NCBI GenBank assembly: GCA_012965905.1
Contig: DTRN01000181.1
Span: 2,846-49,177 of the forward strand
Direction of reading: 5' to 3'
Length of the DNA stretch: 46,332 nucleotides
From: Nitrospirales bacterium
Lineage (GTDB): Bacteria > Nitrospirota > Nitrospiria > Nitrospirales > UBA2166
In this document: positions 37,614 to 46,332 of the stretch, piece after piece
Layout: each line of letters starts with the position of its first letter
Numbering within the stretch: position 1 is the first letter of the stretch
Program-made: the position numbers and the translations under genes
Notes under the pieces: model-generated
The model's database searches: none
Told to the model about the DNA's origin: nothing
What the model saw: only the letters and a program-made list of their open reading frames with translations

Positions 37614-40600
37614 TTAAACAGGAGGACATCCATACCCTCCCCCACCCGGCGTACTCACCTCCAGAAGATCACCGGATTGCACTATCACATGAGCTTTGCT
37701 ATCAAGATTCTCGATAGAGCCGTTCGATCGAAGAAGGCGATTCCGACCTGGAACACCCGGCTTCCCACCACGCAGTCCAAAGGGTTCCCGAGTACGCCGC
37801 TCACTCAAGACGGTAAGAGATTGTGGTTGAAGAAATCGATATGATCGGACCACACCGTCCCCTCCTCGCCATTGTCCCACGCCCCCGGACCCCCTCCGAA
37901 TTTCAAATCGCTCAATGCGAACAGAAGGAAAACGTTGTTCCAGCACTTCGACATCCGTCATTCGTGTATTGGTCATATGTACCTGAACAGCCGATGCGCC
38001 ATGTGAACCATGCACCGCACCGGAGCCTCCGGCAATCGTTTCGTAATATTGTGCTCCTGTTCCGTCTGGCGCACCAAACAGAACATTATTCATTGTTCCT
38101 TGAGATGCCGCAGCAATATCCAATGCCCCGTACAAAATATCCACAATGCGCTGAGACGTTTCGACATTTCCGCCAGCGACGGCTGCGTTCGCGTCAGGCG
38201 CAAGTAAACTACCTTCCGGAATTTTGATCCGAATGGGCACAAGGCATCCATCATTGAGCGGGATTGGTTTCTGAAAGAGGGTACGAAACACATACAAGAC
38301 CGCCGCCCGAGTCACTGCCGGTGGAGCGTTGAGGTTTCCGGAAACTTGCGCACTCGTGCCCGAGAAGTCTACCTCCGCTTGCAGCCCACGTGAGGAATCA
38401 GAAACAATTCGAATCTGTACACGAAGAACCGTCCCATCGTCCATGACATCACTGAAACGACATACTCGCTCCGCATGGCCACCCAATAATACATTGAGAG
38501 TTTCCCGCGTGAGGTCTGCTGCATACCTTCGAATGTGGCTCATATAGGCGGTCACAACCTCGTCGCGAAACTGATCACAAAGGCAACTGAGTTCCTCACC
38601 TCCTTTCCGTAACGCGGAAACCTGTGCTCGAAGGTCTGAAAGTCGCTCTGGAAGATTGCGCGCTGGATATGCGCCTGAACGCAATACCGATAGCACATCC
38701 TCCTCCCTGAACTGATGGTCACGAACAAGCAATAACGATCTGATCACAATTCCTTCATCTTCTAATCTGCTTGAAAATGGAGGCATCGATCCGGGAACGG
38801 TGCCCCCAATATCGGCATGATGCGCACGGCACGCGACGTAAAATTTCGGAGAACCGTTTCGAAATACGGTTGCGACGAGGGTGATATCCGGAAGATGGGA
38901 CCCTCCGTTATACGGATCATTACTCGCAACCACATCTCCAGGACGCAACGTCGTATGTCCAATGATATGGCGCACAGTCTCACCCATCGCACCAAGATGC
39001 ACCGGAATATGGGGTGCATTGCAAACAAGCTGCCCTTCAGCATCGAACACAGCACATGAGAAATCACGCCGCTCCTTGATATTGGTTGAATGTGCTGTTC
39101 GAACGAGGGTATCACCCATCTGCTCGGCGATACTCATAAATCTATGATGAAAGACCTCAAGAAATATGGGATCACACTCGCTGGCGAGACTCTCTTGCTC
39201 AGTGTCGTGGCAAGACAGCGAGATTGTTCCAGACGGTTCAACATTCGCGTTGAATCCTGGCTCAATCAGTATCGTAGAATGATTTTCCACAATGAGCGCC
39301 GGTCCTGATAGAGAGAACCCCGGAGAAAGGGCTTCCCGTCGGTATACCGGCACATCACATGATTCTGTTGCGTCAAACCAGACTTGTGTCGTTTCACACG
39401 ACGTGGTCTGGACATGGCGATCGGAATCAAAATATGACTCGGCTCCGCAAGGAATGTCATGTGTTGAGACCTCGACACGAATATTCACGAGTTCAAGAAT
39501 GCTCTCAGGAGGATCAAACCCAAAATGTTGACGATGTTTCGCACCAAACACCGTAACCAGCACTTGCGGGGTATCACACCACGGTACTGTTATGGAGTAA
39601 TCTCTACCCAGAGAGCGAACATCACACTCAATCTTGTTCACGCAAACCGGCATGACGGAGGAAGTTGTCGCATGCTCGCGACACATCAACTCTTCAAGTG
39701 CCCGCGTTAACTGCAACACACGTTCATACGCTTGCCTCAAACCATCTGCATCGGCATGACACGAAATTGTCTCAATGGCCAGCCGTTGAACCGGCGCTAT
39801 AGCTATTCCATAGGCCGAGAACAATCCAGCAAGGGGATGAATTCGAATCTTCGAAATCCCGAGAATACGCGCAATCCCACACGCATGTTGACCCGCGGCA
39901 CCTCCAAAACATAGCAACACATGATTTCGAACATCATATCCACGACTCACTGACAAATCTTTAATCGGTCGACACATGGCTTCATTGGCCACTCGAATAT
40001 ATCCCAGCGCGAGTTCAACCTCTGTGAGCGGACGGCCAAGGGCTCGTATGACGGTTTCTTGAAGATCTCTCAGGCAAGTCTGCGCCGCGCCGACGTCCAG
40101 TTGTGACACACGATCATGACCAAATACTGCTGGAATGTACTGTGGGAGAATGCGACCCAAAACAACATTGGCGTCGGTAATGGTTGCGGGGCCTCCGCGG
40201 CCGTAGCATGCTGGCCCCGGATCTGCCCCTGCAGATTCAGGACCGACAGTAAATTTATAGCCATCAAAACCCAATACCGAACCTCCGCCAGCAGCGATGG
40301 TATTAATGTGGAGTATCGGAGCTTGGAACCGGATACCCGCAAATTTTACATCAAGAACCCGCTCGAGCGATCCATCATATCGGCACACATCAGTAGACGT
40401 TCCTCCCATGTCAAAGCCAATGACCGCTCCATCTCCTTCGGCCTTAGCCATCTTCGCAACACCCAAGACACCGCCGGCTGGCCCCGAGAACACCGCGTCC
40501 TTGCCAGTGAAACTCGCTGGAGAGTAGAGACCGCCAGAACTCCCCATAAATGACAAGGGGATTGATCCCGTCCAACGGCGAAGTCGATGTGTGTAACGTT

Positions 40601-41273
40601 CCAAGACCGGCCCGAGGTAGGCGTCCAGCAGTGTCGTCTGTCCACGACCAACCACTTGGATCACCGAAAGCGTTTGATGTGAAACAGCGACATACGAAAA
40701 CTGAAATTCGCGTGCAAGCTCTTGGGCGATACGCTCGTGTTCTGCATTCTTCCACGCGTGAAGAAATACAATCGCTACAGATTCGACGCCGAGAGTTTTG
40801 AATTGAGCGAAACCTGACCGAAGGACATCAACATTCATAGGGTGGATGACAACGCCCTCAGCACTCATCCGCTCAGGCACTTCCCGCACTTTGCCGTAAA
40901 GCAGTTGAGGCTTCTTGATCGCCAGGGCGAATAGATCCGGACGCTCCTGAGTGCCAATTTCGAGGAGATCGCGAAAGCCGCTCGTAATTATGAGTCCAGT
41001 CGAAGCGCCTGTGCGTTCAAGCAGCGCATTAGTCGCTACGGTCGTCCCGAAGCGAATCCATGCAATACGATCCTCTGGTAATATTCTGTCTTGAGGCGTC
41101 CCCAACATCTGACGAATGCCCTCAATTGCAGCATCCTCATAATCGGAGGACTCTGAAAGCAGCTTTGCCGTATGGATTTTGTCGTGGGGGTCGAAGCCAA
41201 TGACATCAGTAAAGGTTCCGCCGCGATCCACGGCGAAACGCCACTGAGTGTTGCCTGAAGGCTCGGGAGTCAA
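37614..41273 (-). CDS. Fused hydantoinase A/B (HyuA-HyuB) family enzyme: 5-oxoprolinase / N-methylhydantoinase-like, ATP-dependent
   Basis: 1219 aa. The N-terminal half has [13 protein letters not shown] and the HyuA ATPase fold. The C-terminal half is HyuB-like ([21 protein letters not shown]). The only start upstream of the conserved DRGGTFTD block is TTG at 41273, 12 nt after the stop of the small ORF. Confidence 0.85.
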   Translation of the reverse strand: MTPEPSGNTQWRFAVDRGGTFTDVIGFDPHDKIHTAKLLSESSDYEDAAIEGIRQMLGTPQDRILPEDRIAWIRFGTTVATNALLERTGASTGLIITSGFRDLLEIGTQERPDLFALAIKKPQLLYGKVREVPERMSAEGVVIHPMNVDVLRSGFAQFKTLGVESVAIVFLHAWKNAEHERIAQELAREFQFSYVAVSHQTLSVIQVVGRGQTTLLDAYLGPVLERYTHRLRRWTGSIPLSFMGSSGGLYSPASFTGKDAVFSGPAGGVLGVAKMAKAEGDGAVIGFDMGGTSTDVCRYDGSLERVLDVKFAGIRFQAPILHINTIAAGGGSVLGFDGYKFTVGPESAGADPGPACYGRGGPATITDANVVLGRILPQYIPAVFGHDRVSQLDVGAAQTCLRDLQETVIRALGRPLTEVELALGYIRVANEAMCRPIKDLSVSRGYDVRNHVLLCFGGAAGQHACGIARILGISKIRIHPLAGLFSAYGIAIAPVQRLAIETISCHADADGLRQAYERVLQLTRALEELMCREHATTSSVMPVCVNKIECDVRSLGRDYSITVPWCDTPQVLVTVFGAKHRQHFGFDPPESILELVNIRVEVSTHDIPCGAESYFDSDRHVQTTSCETTQVWFDATESCDVPVYRREALSPGFSLSGPALIVENHSTILIEPGFNANVEPSGTISLSCHDTEQESLASECDPIFLEVFHHRFMSIAEQMGDTLVRTAHSTNIKERRDFSCAVFDAEGQLVCNAPHIPVHLGAMGETVRHIIGHTTLRPGDVVASNDPYNGGSHLPDITLVATVFRNGSPKFYVACRAHHADIGGTVPGSMPPFSSRLEDEGIVIRSLLLVRDHQFREEDVLSVLRSGAYPARNLPERLSDLRAQVSALRKGGEELSCLCDQFRDEVVTAYMSHIRRYAADLTRETLNVLLGGHAERVCRFSDVMDDGTVLRVQIRIVSDSSRGLQAEVDFSGTSAQVSGNLNAPPAVTRAAVLYVFRTLFQKPIPLNDGCLVPIRIKIPEGSLLAPDANAAVAGGNVETSQRIVDILYGALDIAAASQGTMNNVLFGAPDGTGAQYYETIAGGSGAVHGSHGASAVQVHMTNTRMTDVEVLEQRFPSVRIERFEIRRGSGGVGQWRGGDGVVRSYRFLQPQSLTVLSERRTREPFGLRGGKPGVPGRNRLLRSNGSIENLDSKAHVIVQSGDLLEVSTPGGGGYGCPPV

Positions 41274-41285
41274 ATGCAGGAAGGA

Positions 41286-41468
41286 TTATCCAGTTTCCGG
41301 TCCGCAGTCCATGCCGTTGCAATCGCCGCACATGTAGGCGCCATCATTCCACTTCATCGGTTCAGCACACATTGGACAATCTGGCGGTGGCCCCACCGGA
41401 CTCGTCAGCAAACTTAGATCTAAATCTACGTTCGGATCAAATGATTCATCATCGTCATCATGCGCCAT
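41286..41468 (-). CDS. Small acidic protein with a Cys4 zinc ribbon, function unknown
   Basis: 60 aa with an acidic N-terminus (MAHDDDDESFDP) followed by CPMC-x13-CGDC. GGAG lies about 10 nt upstream of the ATG, and the gene has its own promoter-like element upstream. I recognise no homolog. Confidence 0.5.
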   Translation of the reverse strand: MAHDDDDESFDPNVDLDLSLLTSPVGPPPDCPMCAEPMKWNDGAYMCGDCNGMDCGPETG

Positions 41469-41519
41469 AGCACGGTCACTCCTAATCGATCATCACAATA
41501 TATTCTTCTCACCTACCCG

Positions 41520-41548
41520 ATTCTACCACCGCGATAAACACGCAACAA
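41520..41548 (-). promoter_or_regulatory. Extended -10 promoter for the zinc-ribbon/oxoprolinase pair
   Basis: On the minus strand: TTGTTG (41548-41543), a 17-nt spacer ending in TGG, then TAGAAT (41525-41520), giving the TGnTAGAAT extended -10 form. It lies about 50 nt upstream of the small-ORF ATG. Confidence 0.45.
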
Positions 41549-41570
41549 GCTCAAAGCTCCTTCTCGCATT

Positions 41571-43112
41571 TCACATTTTGTGGAACTCTTCACGTAGCCC
41601 CTTTAGGAGACTCACACATAACACCGTGAGAACAATGGCAAATGGGAGGCCGCTGAGAATAGAAGCCGTGCGTAACGCGACAAGTCCGCCGCCAATGAGA
41701 AATCCCGCAGCCACAACGCTTCCTAATATCGCCCACAACGCCCGAAGCCCAACGGATGGGGTCTCCTGCCCTCCTGCCGTGATAATTCCCACAACATACG
41801 CCCCGGAATCTGCGGAGGTGACAAAAAATATCGCGACAAGGATAACGCCGATAGCAGCACTCACTTCGGAAACGGGATATCGCTCCAAGAGGGCGAATAG
41901 TCCGAATGCAGCATTGTCCGTAATCACTGTTGCCATGCCTCCCTGACCAAACAATTCCTCATACAAGGCGGAATTTCCAAAGGCTGTAAGCCAAACGAGC
42001 GTCGTCACGAACGGGACCGCAACAACGCCAAGCACAAATTCCTGGATTGTTCGCCCGCGAGAAATCCTCGCAATAAACATTCCGACAAAGGGTGACCAGG
42101 CAATCCACCACGCCCAGTAAAAAATCGTCCAATCGTTTTGCCAACTGGTCGATTGATAGGCTTCGGTCCACAGACTCAACTGAGGGAGATGAGAAAGATA
42201 CAAGCCGGCATTCTGAACAAGCGAATCAAACAAGAACAGTGTGGGCCCAACAACAATAACGAAGAGCAGAAGAATGCCGGCCAATCCAATGTTCAATTCA
42301 CTCAGCCTTCTGATTCCTCGGTCCAGCCCGAGCACAACCGACACCAGCGTGATACAGGTAATTCCTGCAATGAGACTAACCTGGATTCCAACCGATTCGG
42401 GAACACCGAACATGTAGTTGAGGCCTGCATTAATTTGTTGGACTCCAAATCCAAGCGACGTCGCAAGTCCAAAGACGGTCGCGACAGCTGCGACGGTATC
42501 AATCAGATAGCCGATTGGCCCATAAATCTTGTCCCCAAGGAGAGGAAAAAAGACGGAACGAATGGTTAAGGGTAGGCCTTGATTAAATGCAAAAAATGCG
42601 AGTGCCAGTCCGACCAACGCATAGATCCCCCAGGCATGCACACCCCAATGCAAAAGGGTAACACTCATCGCGAGTTCTGCCGCCTCAACGGTTTCACCTG
42701 GTCCCATCGGGGGAGAGACATAGTGATGGATCGGCTCTGCGACACTCCAAAATACCAAGCCAATCCCCATGCCAGCACTAAACAACATCGTGAACCAGCC
42801 CCAATAGGTAAAATCAGGCGTCGCAGCGGGGCCACCGAGGCGAATCGCCCCATATTTGCTAAAACACAGATAGATAACCAGGGCCAGGAACAGATTGATG
42901 CTGAGCACAAAAAACCACCCGGCTGTGTCTGAAATTACACTCTGGATCTGTTCGAACGCATGTCGTGCCTGAGTCACGTTAAGCAACAACAGGATCACCA
43001 CACAGAGGATGAGGGATAGGGTGCCCCAGAAGACAGGAGGAAGAACAGGTCCAACCCACCTGCCTGACAGCATATGTTTATCTACACTCGTCTGGTTTGG
43101 CTGTATCCCCAT
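41571..43112 (-). CDS. BCCT-family betaine/carnitine/choline transporter
   Basis: WFTMLFSAGMGIGLVFWSVAEPIHHY (BCCT signature region) and 12 TM segments. The start is ambiguous. TTG at 43202 overlaps the upstream gene by 77 nt, ATG at 43112 is the first after its stop, and ATG at 43073 best matches the short OpuD-type N-terminus. Confidence 0.88.
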   Translation of the reverse strand: MGIQPNQTSVDKHMLSGRWVGPVLPPVFWGTLSLILCVVILLLLNVTQARHAFEQIQSVISDTAGWFFVLSINLFLALVIYLCFSKYGAIRLGGPAATPDFTYWGWFTMLFSAGMGIGLVFWSVAEPIHHYVSPPMGPGETVEAAELAMSVTLLHWGVHAWGIYALVGLALAFFAFNQGLPLTIRSVFFPLLGDKIYGPIGYLIDTVAAVATVFGLATSLGFGVQQINAGLNYMFGVPESVGIQVSLIAGITCITLVSVVLGLDRGIRRLSELNIGLAGILLLFVIVVGPTLFLFDSLVQNAGLYLSHLPQLSLWTEAYQSTSWQNDWTIFYWAWWIAWSPFVGMFIARISRGRTIQEFVLGVVAVPFVTTLVWLTAFGNSALYEELFGQGGMATVITDNAAFGLFALLERYPVSEVSAAIGVILVAIFFVTSADSGAYVVGIITAGGQETPSVGLRALWAILGSVVAAGFLIGGGLVALRTASILSGLPFAIVLTVLCVSLLKGLREEFHKM

Positions 43113-43125
43113 CGAGGATGGGAGG

Positions 43126-44775
43126 TTAGGGTTTGCGGTAGGAAAGAATTCCCCAGGACAGATGGCCAGCATTGCCGGCATCAACCCAGTGCTGAAGCCC
43201 AACTTTCATACGCTCTAAATACTCCTCGCTACAGGTTTGGAGCAACGTTTCATAATTGGGGTCTATCTCCTCACGAACTCGGGTGTAGTGCGTTGGCAAG
43301 TGTCCAGAAAAGTCCAGCATTTCAACTTCCTCAAAGCCCATCGATATGGCAATCCGCCGATAGGTTGGAATGGATCCGAGCGTATCAAGATGAATCCGGT
43401 CGAGAATCGGTTGAAGAACATCTGGTGGGCACGATTCACTTTGCATTGGGTCGGTAAAAATAAATTTCCCCCCTTTAGACAAGACCCTGAACACCTCTTC
43501 AAAGACCTTTGGTCGGTTTGCACTGTGCAAAATCGCGTCTTGCGACCAGACAATGTCAACGGATTCATCGGGAAGTGGAATATCCTCAAAACTCCCGTCG
43601 ACCACGTTAATCAACAAATCGATACCCTCAGCAGCATTGAGTTCGCGATTGCGCTGATTTTGGACCTCACTCAAGTTAAGACAACTCACATGGCAGCCAT
43701 ATGTCTTGGCGAGATACCGCGCTGCCCCACCATACCCAGACCCAATATCTAACACTCGGGTTCGCACATCGATGCCGTTGATCCTCGAAGCCATGTGTGC
43801 CACCATCGCATGACTCGCCTCAACAATCGATCTCGTTCCATTTTCGTAGAGTCCAATGTGGATATCCTGCCCACCCCAAATGACTGAATAAAAATTATCG
43901 GCGTCCCTGCTGTTGTAATACTCACGCGCGACATTGACCACGGGAGAATACGTTGCCGATGTCGGCTTCGGGAGAGGCTCCTCATTGGCGTACCTTTTTT
44001 CAGCGACATGAACAAAAAAATCAGGGTCTTCAATGCGGTAGGTCTCCTGAAAGTCTCCATAGGTATGTACCTGTTGAAACCCAACCTCGTGCATGAGTGT
44101 TCGGGTATACTCCTTACGGAGTGGAAACATATTTAGGTGATACTTCTTCCCGTCTGGAAATACGTAGCAGAAACGTGCAAGCCCTTCATCAACATACTCA
44201 GGTTCAGCCTTCACGTTATCACCACAATAGTAGTACACGTGTTTCGAGCGAAACCCATGATCTAAAATCGCGTCATAATTACGCTGATCCAGGACAAGGA
44301 TACCGTCGTGCGTCAATGCAGCATAGAACTCAGCAAGCGCCTTTCTTCGGTCATGCTCTGAAAAAAGATGTGTCAGGGAGTTGCCGAGACAGATGACGGC
44401 GTCGTATTTCGTGTGAACATCCCGACTCAGCCAGCGCCAATCTGCGTGGATGGTTTGCAGGATAAATCCACACCGTTTGGCATTCGCGAAGGCTTGGGCC
44501 AGCATTTCCGGACTTCCATCCGCACTCACAACGTCAAAGCCGGCTCGGAGAAGACGAACGGAGTGGAATCCTGTGCCGGTTGCAACGTCAAGAACACGTT
44601 TCACGCCACGTTCTTTGAGAAGTCGAATGAAAAAATCACCTTCACTCGCTGCCCGTGCCTCCCAATTAATCAGGTCGTCCCAGACTTTGACAAAGTTATG
44701 GACGTATTCTTCCTTGTATAAATCAGTTTCACGTTGCGTGAGCGGGCTGTCGCCATAGTTTTGCTCAGTTTTCAT
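43126..44775 (-). CDS. Fused glycine/sarcosine N-methyltransferase and sarcosine/dimethylglycine N-methyltransferase (glycine betaine synthesis)
   Basis: The N-terminal half is GNMT/GSMT-like (VLDVATGTGFHSVRLLRAGFDVVSADGSPEML, YDAVICLGNSLTHL, LVLDQRNYD). The C-terminal half is SDMT-like (YYNSRDADNFYSVIWGGQDIHIGLY, VLDIGSGYGGAARYL). AAAGGAG RBS upstream. Confidence 0.85.
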   Translation of the reverse strand: MKTEQNYGDSPLTQRETDLYKEEYVHNFVKVWDDLINWEARAASEGDFFIRLLKERGVKRVLDVATGTGFHSVRLLRAGFDVVSADGSPEMLAQAFANAKRCGFILQTIHADWRWLSRDVHTKYDAVICLGNSLTHLFSEHDRRKALAEFYAALTHDGILVLDQRNYDAILDHGFRSKHVYYYCGDNVKAEPEYVDEGLARFCYVFPDGKKYHLNMFPLRKEYTRTLMHEVGFQQVHTYGDFQETYRIEDPDFFVHVAEKRYANEEPLPKPTSATYSPVVNVAREYYNSRDADNFYSVIWGGQDIHIGLYENGTRSIVEASHAMVAHMASRINGIDVRTRVLDIGSGYGGAARYLAKTYGCHVSCLNLSEVQNQRNRELNAAEGIDLLINVVDGSFEDIPLPDESVDIVWSQDAILHSANRPKVFEEVFRVLSKGGKFIFTDPMQSESCPPDVLQPILDRIHLDTLGSIPTYRRIAISMGFEEVEMLDFSGHLPTHYTRVREEIDPNYETLLQTCSEEYLERMKVGLQHWVDAGNAGHLSWGILSYRKP

Positions 44776-45002
44776 TGCTACAACTCCTTTAGAGAAACGC
44801 CAACGTTCTCCACACAGAGGTACGCCAATTTATGCTAACGGGGAAGACTTTACGCTACCATAGAACGCTCGCTGAATCAACCGCCGTTGAACTCCCAGAC
44901 TTCACTTGTTTAGAATCACGCCAATCCCCGCACTGTCATGTGATTTACGCCCATCTGTGACCGCAGTCACTGGCCTAAACACCAAATTTTATCTATAATT
45001 CT

Positions 45003-46332
45003 ATGGATGAGCTCATCAACGGCACAGAGGGACGTGTACGCTTGGTAGTGCGTTTCTGGGGCATACGCGGGTCCATTCCCACCCCAGGCCCTACGACCGC
45101 ACGCTATGGAGGGAACACCTCCTGCGTCGAGGTCCGAGGTGATGGTGGAGACCTCTTTATCTTCGACTGCGGCACCGGTATCCGTGAGCTTGGCCAGGCC
45201 TTACTCGCCGACACGACGGTCCCGTCCAGAATTCACATCCTAATTGGGCATACCCACTGGGACCATATCCAAGGCTTTCCCTTCTTTACCCCGGTCTTCC
45301 TTCCCGGGGTCGAGATCCATCTCTACGCGCCCATTGGATTCCAGCACGGCATTGAAGCCGCCTTAGCCGGGCAAATGCAACATGCCTACTTTCCGGTGAC
45401 GCTGCAGGACCTCTCCAGCCGCATACATTACACCGAGCTCGAGGAAGGGTCTTTCCGCATTGGAACCTGCCTCATCGAAACACAATATTTGAACCATACC
45501 GCGCCCACCATTGCCTACCGACTCACCGAAGGCTCAACCAGCATTGCCTATGTCACCGATCATGAACCCTTCTGGACGCCTGCGGGTCCGGACTTCGCCC
45601 ATCCGGGCGATCAACGGCATATCGAGTTCATACAGGACGCGGACCTAGTGATCCATGATGCCCAGTATTCAGACGAGGAATACGTCACAAAAATCGGATG
45701 GGGCCATAGTCCGGTAGGCTATGTCCGCGACGTGGCGCTGGCGGCACACGTGAAGCGCCTCGCGCTCTTTCATCACGATCCCACTCACGACGATGCCTGG
45801 GTGGACGCGTGCGTGCGCGACATGCAAACTGCCATTGCCGCACGCAACTCGACCATGGAGGTCTTTGCAGCAGCCGAGGGGATCGTGCTGGAGGTGCACG
45901 GTGAGGGCGCGTACGCCGTCACGAACAAGAACTCCGCACTGCTGCGGCGATCGATCGCCGGGGAACGCGTACTCCTAGTGAGCCCACATGCTAGCGACGT
46001 CACAGCGATCGAACGGATGCTTGTGGAAGACAACCTCGTACTGATGCCGGCGAGCGACCCCGACACCGCACTCAAGCAAGCAAAGCAGTTCTCGCCCAGC
46101 CTTGTCATTATGGATGCCAGCCTCCTCGAGACCCCCCCAGGGCACTTTGGAGACCGTCTCCGCACGGTGGTAGGAACTCCCCAGCTCCCCATCATGGTGC
46201 TCACCGATACCTCCGACATAGTCAACACACACCCTGCGGCCAATGATGCGGTCAGCGATTATATTACGCGGCCGTTCAATCCCCCTATGCTCCGTACGCG
46301 CGTACGCGCATGCCTGGCACGCACCCTCGCGG
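45003..46332 (+). CDS. MBL-fold metallo-hydrolase fused to a degenerate receiver (REC-like) domain, 3' end outside the window
   Basis: The frame is open from the ATG at 45003 to the window edge, so it is not in the ORF track because no stop occurs. It has FDCGTG, HILIGHTHWDHIQGFPFF and FHHDP metallo-beta-lactamase motifs, then a CheY-like segment (VLLVSPHASD...LVIMDASL...IMVLTD...DYITRPF). An alternative start is TTG at 45042, after GAGGGA. Confidence 0.75.
   Translation, partial: MDELINGTEGRVRLVVRFWGIRGSIPTPGPTTARYGGNTSCVEVRGDGGDLFIFDCGTGIRELGQALLADTTVPSRIHILIGHTHWDHIQGFPFFTPVFLPGVEIHLYAPIGFQHGIEAALAGQMQHAYFPVTLQDLSSRIHYTELEEGSFRIGTCLIETQYLNHTAPTIAYRLTEGSTSIAYVTDHEPFWTPAGPDFAHPGDQRHIEFIQDADLVIHDAQYSDEEYVTKIGWGHSPVGYVRDVALAAHVKRLALFHHDPTHDDAWVDACVRDMQTAIAARNSTMEVFAAAEGIVLEVHGEGAYAVTNKNSALLRRSIAGERVLLVSPHASDVTAIERMLVEDNLVLMPASDPDTALKQAKQFSPSLVIMDASLLETPPGHFGDRLRTVVGTPQLPIMVLTDTSDIVNTHPAANDAVSDYITRPFNPPMLRTRVRACLARTLA

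Noticed and set aside
44994-45005. TATAAT directly upstream of the MBL-REC ATG, read as a leaderless-mRNA promoter
   Set aside because: Only 3 nt separate the -10 hexamer from the ATG, which is too short for the A of the ATG to be the transcription start. The -35 match (TGGCCT) is poor. If this promoter is real, the TTG at 45042 would be the start.
45785-46243. 152-aa and other minus-strand ORFs in the last 700 nt
   Set aside because: These are typical long antisense ORFs of a GC-rich gene. The + strand frame has clear MBL and receiver-domain motifs and stays open for 443 codons.
1-46332. CRISPR arrays, IS elements, integrases, phage genes, toxin-antitoxin pairs and known defence systems
   Set aside because: Every ORF of 60 aa or more that is not antisense or in an alternative frame has a housekeeping or metabolic assignment. 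I saw no direct-repeat arrays, no terminal inverted repeats flanking a transposase-like ORF, and no recombinase motifs by eye. A computational repeat search would be needed to exclude short dispersed repeats.

Overview
This is a bacterial chromosomal segment of roughly 50% GC, and almost all of it is housekeeping genes. On the + strand at the left are murJ (5' partial), a Fis-type HTH gene, tRNA-Val(GAC), thrS-infC-rpmI-rplT and a secreted DmpA/S58 peptidase. A roughly 14 kb uninterrupted minus-strand array follows (6279-20239): pilC-ispE-prs-rplY-pth-rpsF-ssb-rpsR-yceD-rpmF-plsX-fabH-fabL-like-fabD-fabG-acpP-fabF-rnc-PPIase, with many overlapping stop and start codons. Next come a ybbA-like ABC ATPase divergent from a tesA-like lipase, a System II cytochrome c biogenesis cluster (resB-ccsA-tlpA-tlpA-ccdA), metK, a bactofilin/M23 peptidase pair, and the supraoperon pheA-hisC-tyrA-aroA-cmk-rpsA-sppA-ihfB. 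Only the right end (37.6-46.3 kb) looks accessory. It holds a fused HyuA/HyuB hydantoinase/oxoprolinase that appears translationally coupled to a 60-aa Cys4 zinc-ribbon ORF, a BCCT transporter, a fused glycine/sarcosine plus sarcosine/dimethylglycine N-methyltransferase (de novo glycine betaine synthesis), and a visibly GC-richer partial gene for an MBL-fold hydrolase with a degenerate receiver domain. I found no CRISPR array, transposase, integrase, phage gene or recognisable defence system. The best leads are the zinc-ribbon/oxoprolinase module, the betaine block, a decayed aroE fragment marking a deletion scar beside an orphan pilC and an orphan ABC ATPase, a tail-less SSB, and the composition jump at about 45.0 kb. 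All functional calls come from reading the translations, motifs and synteny by eye, and no database search was run.
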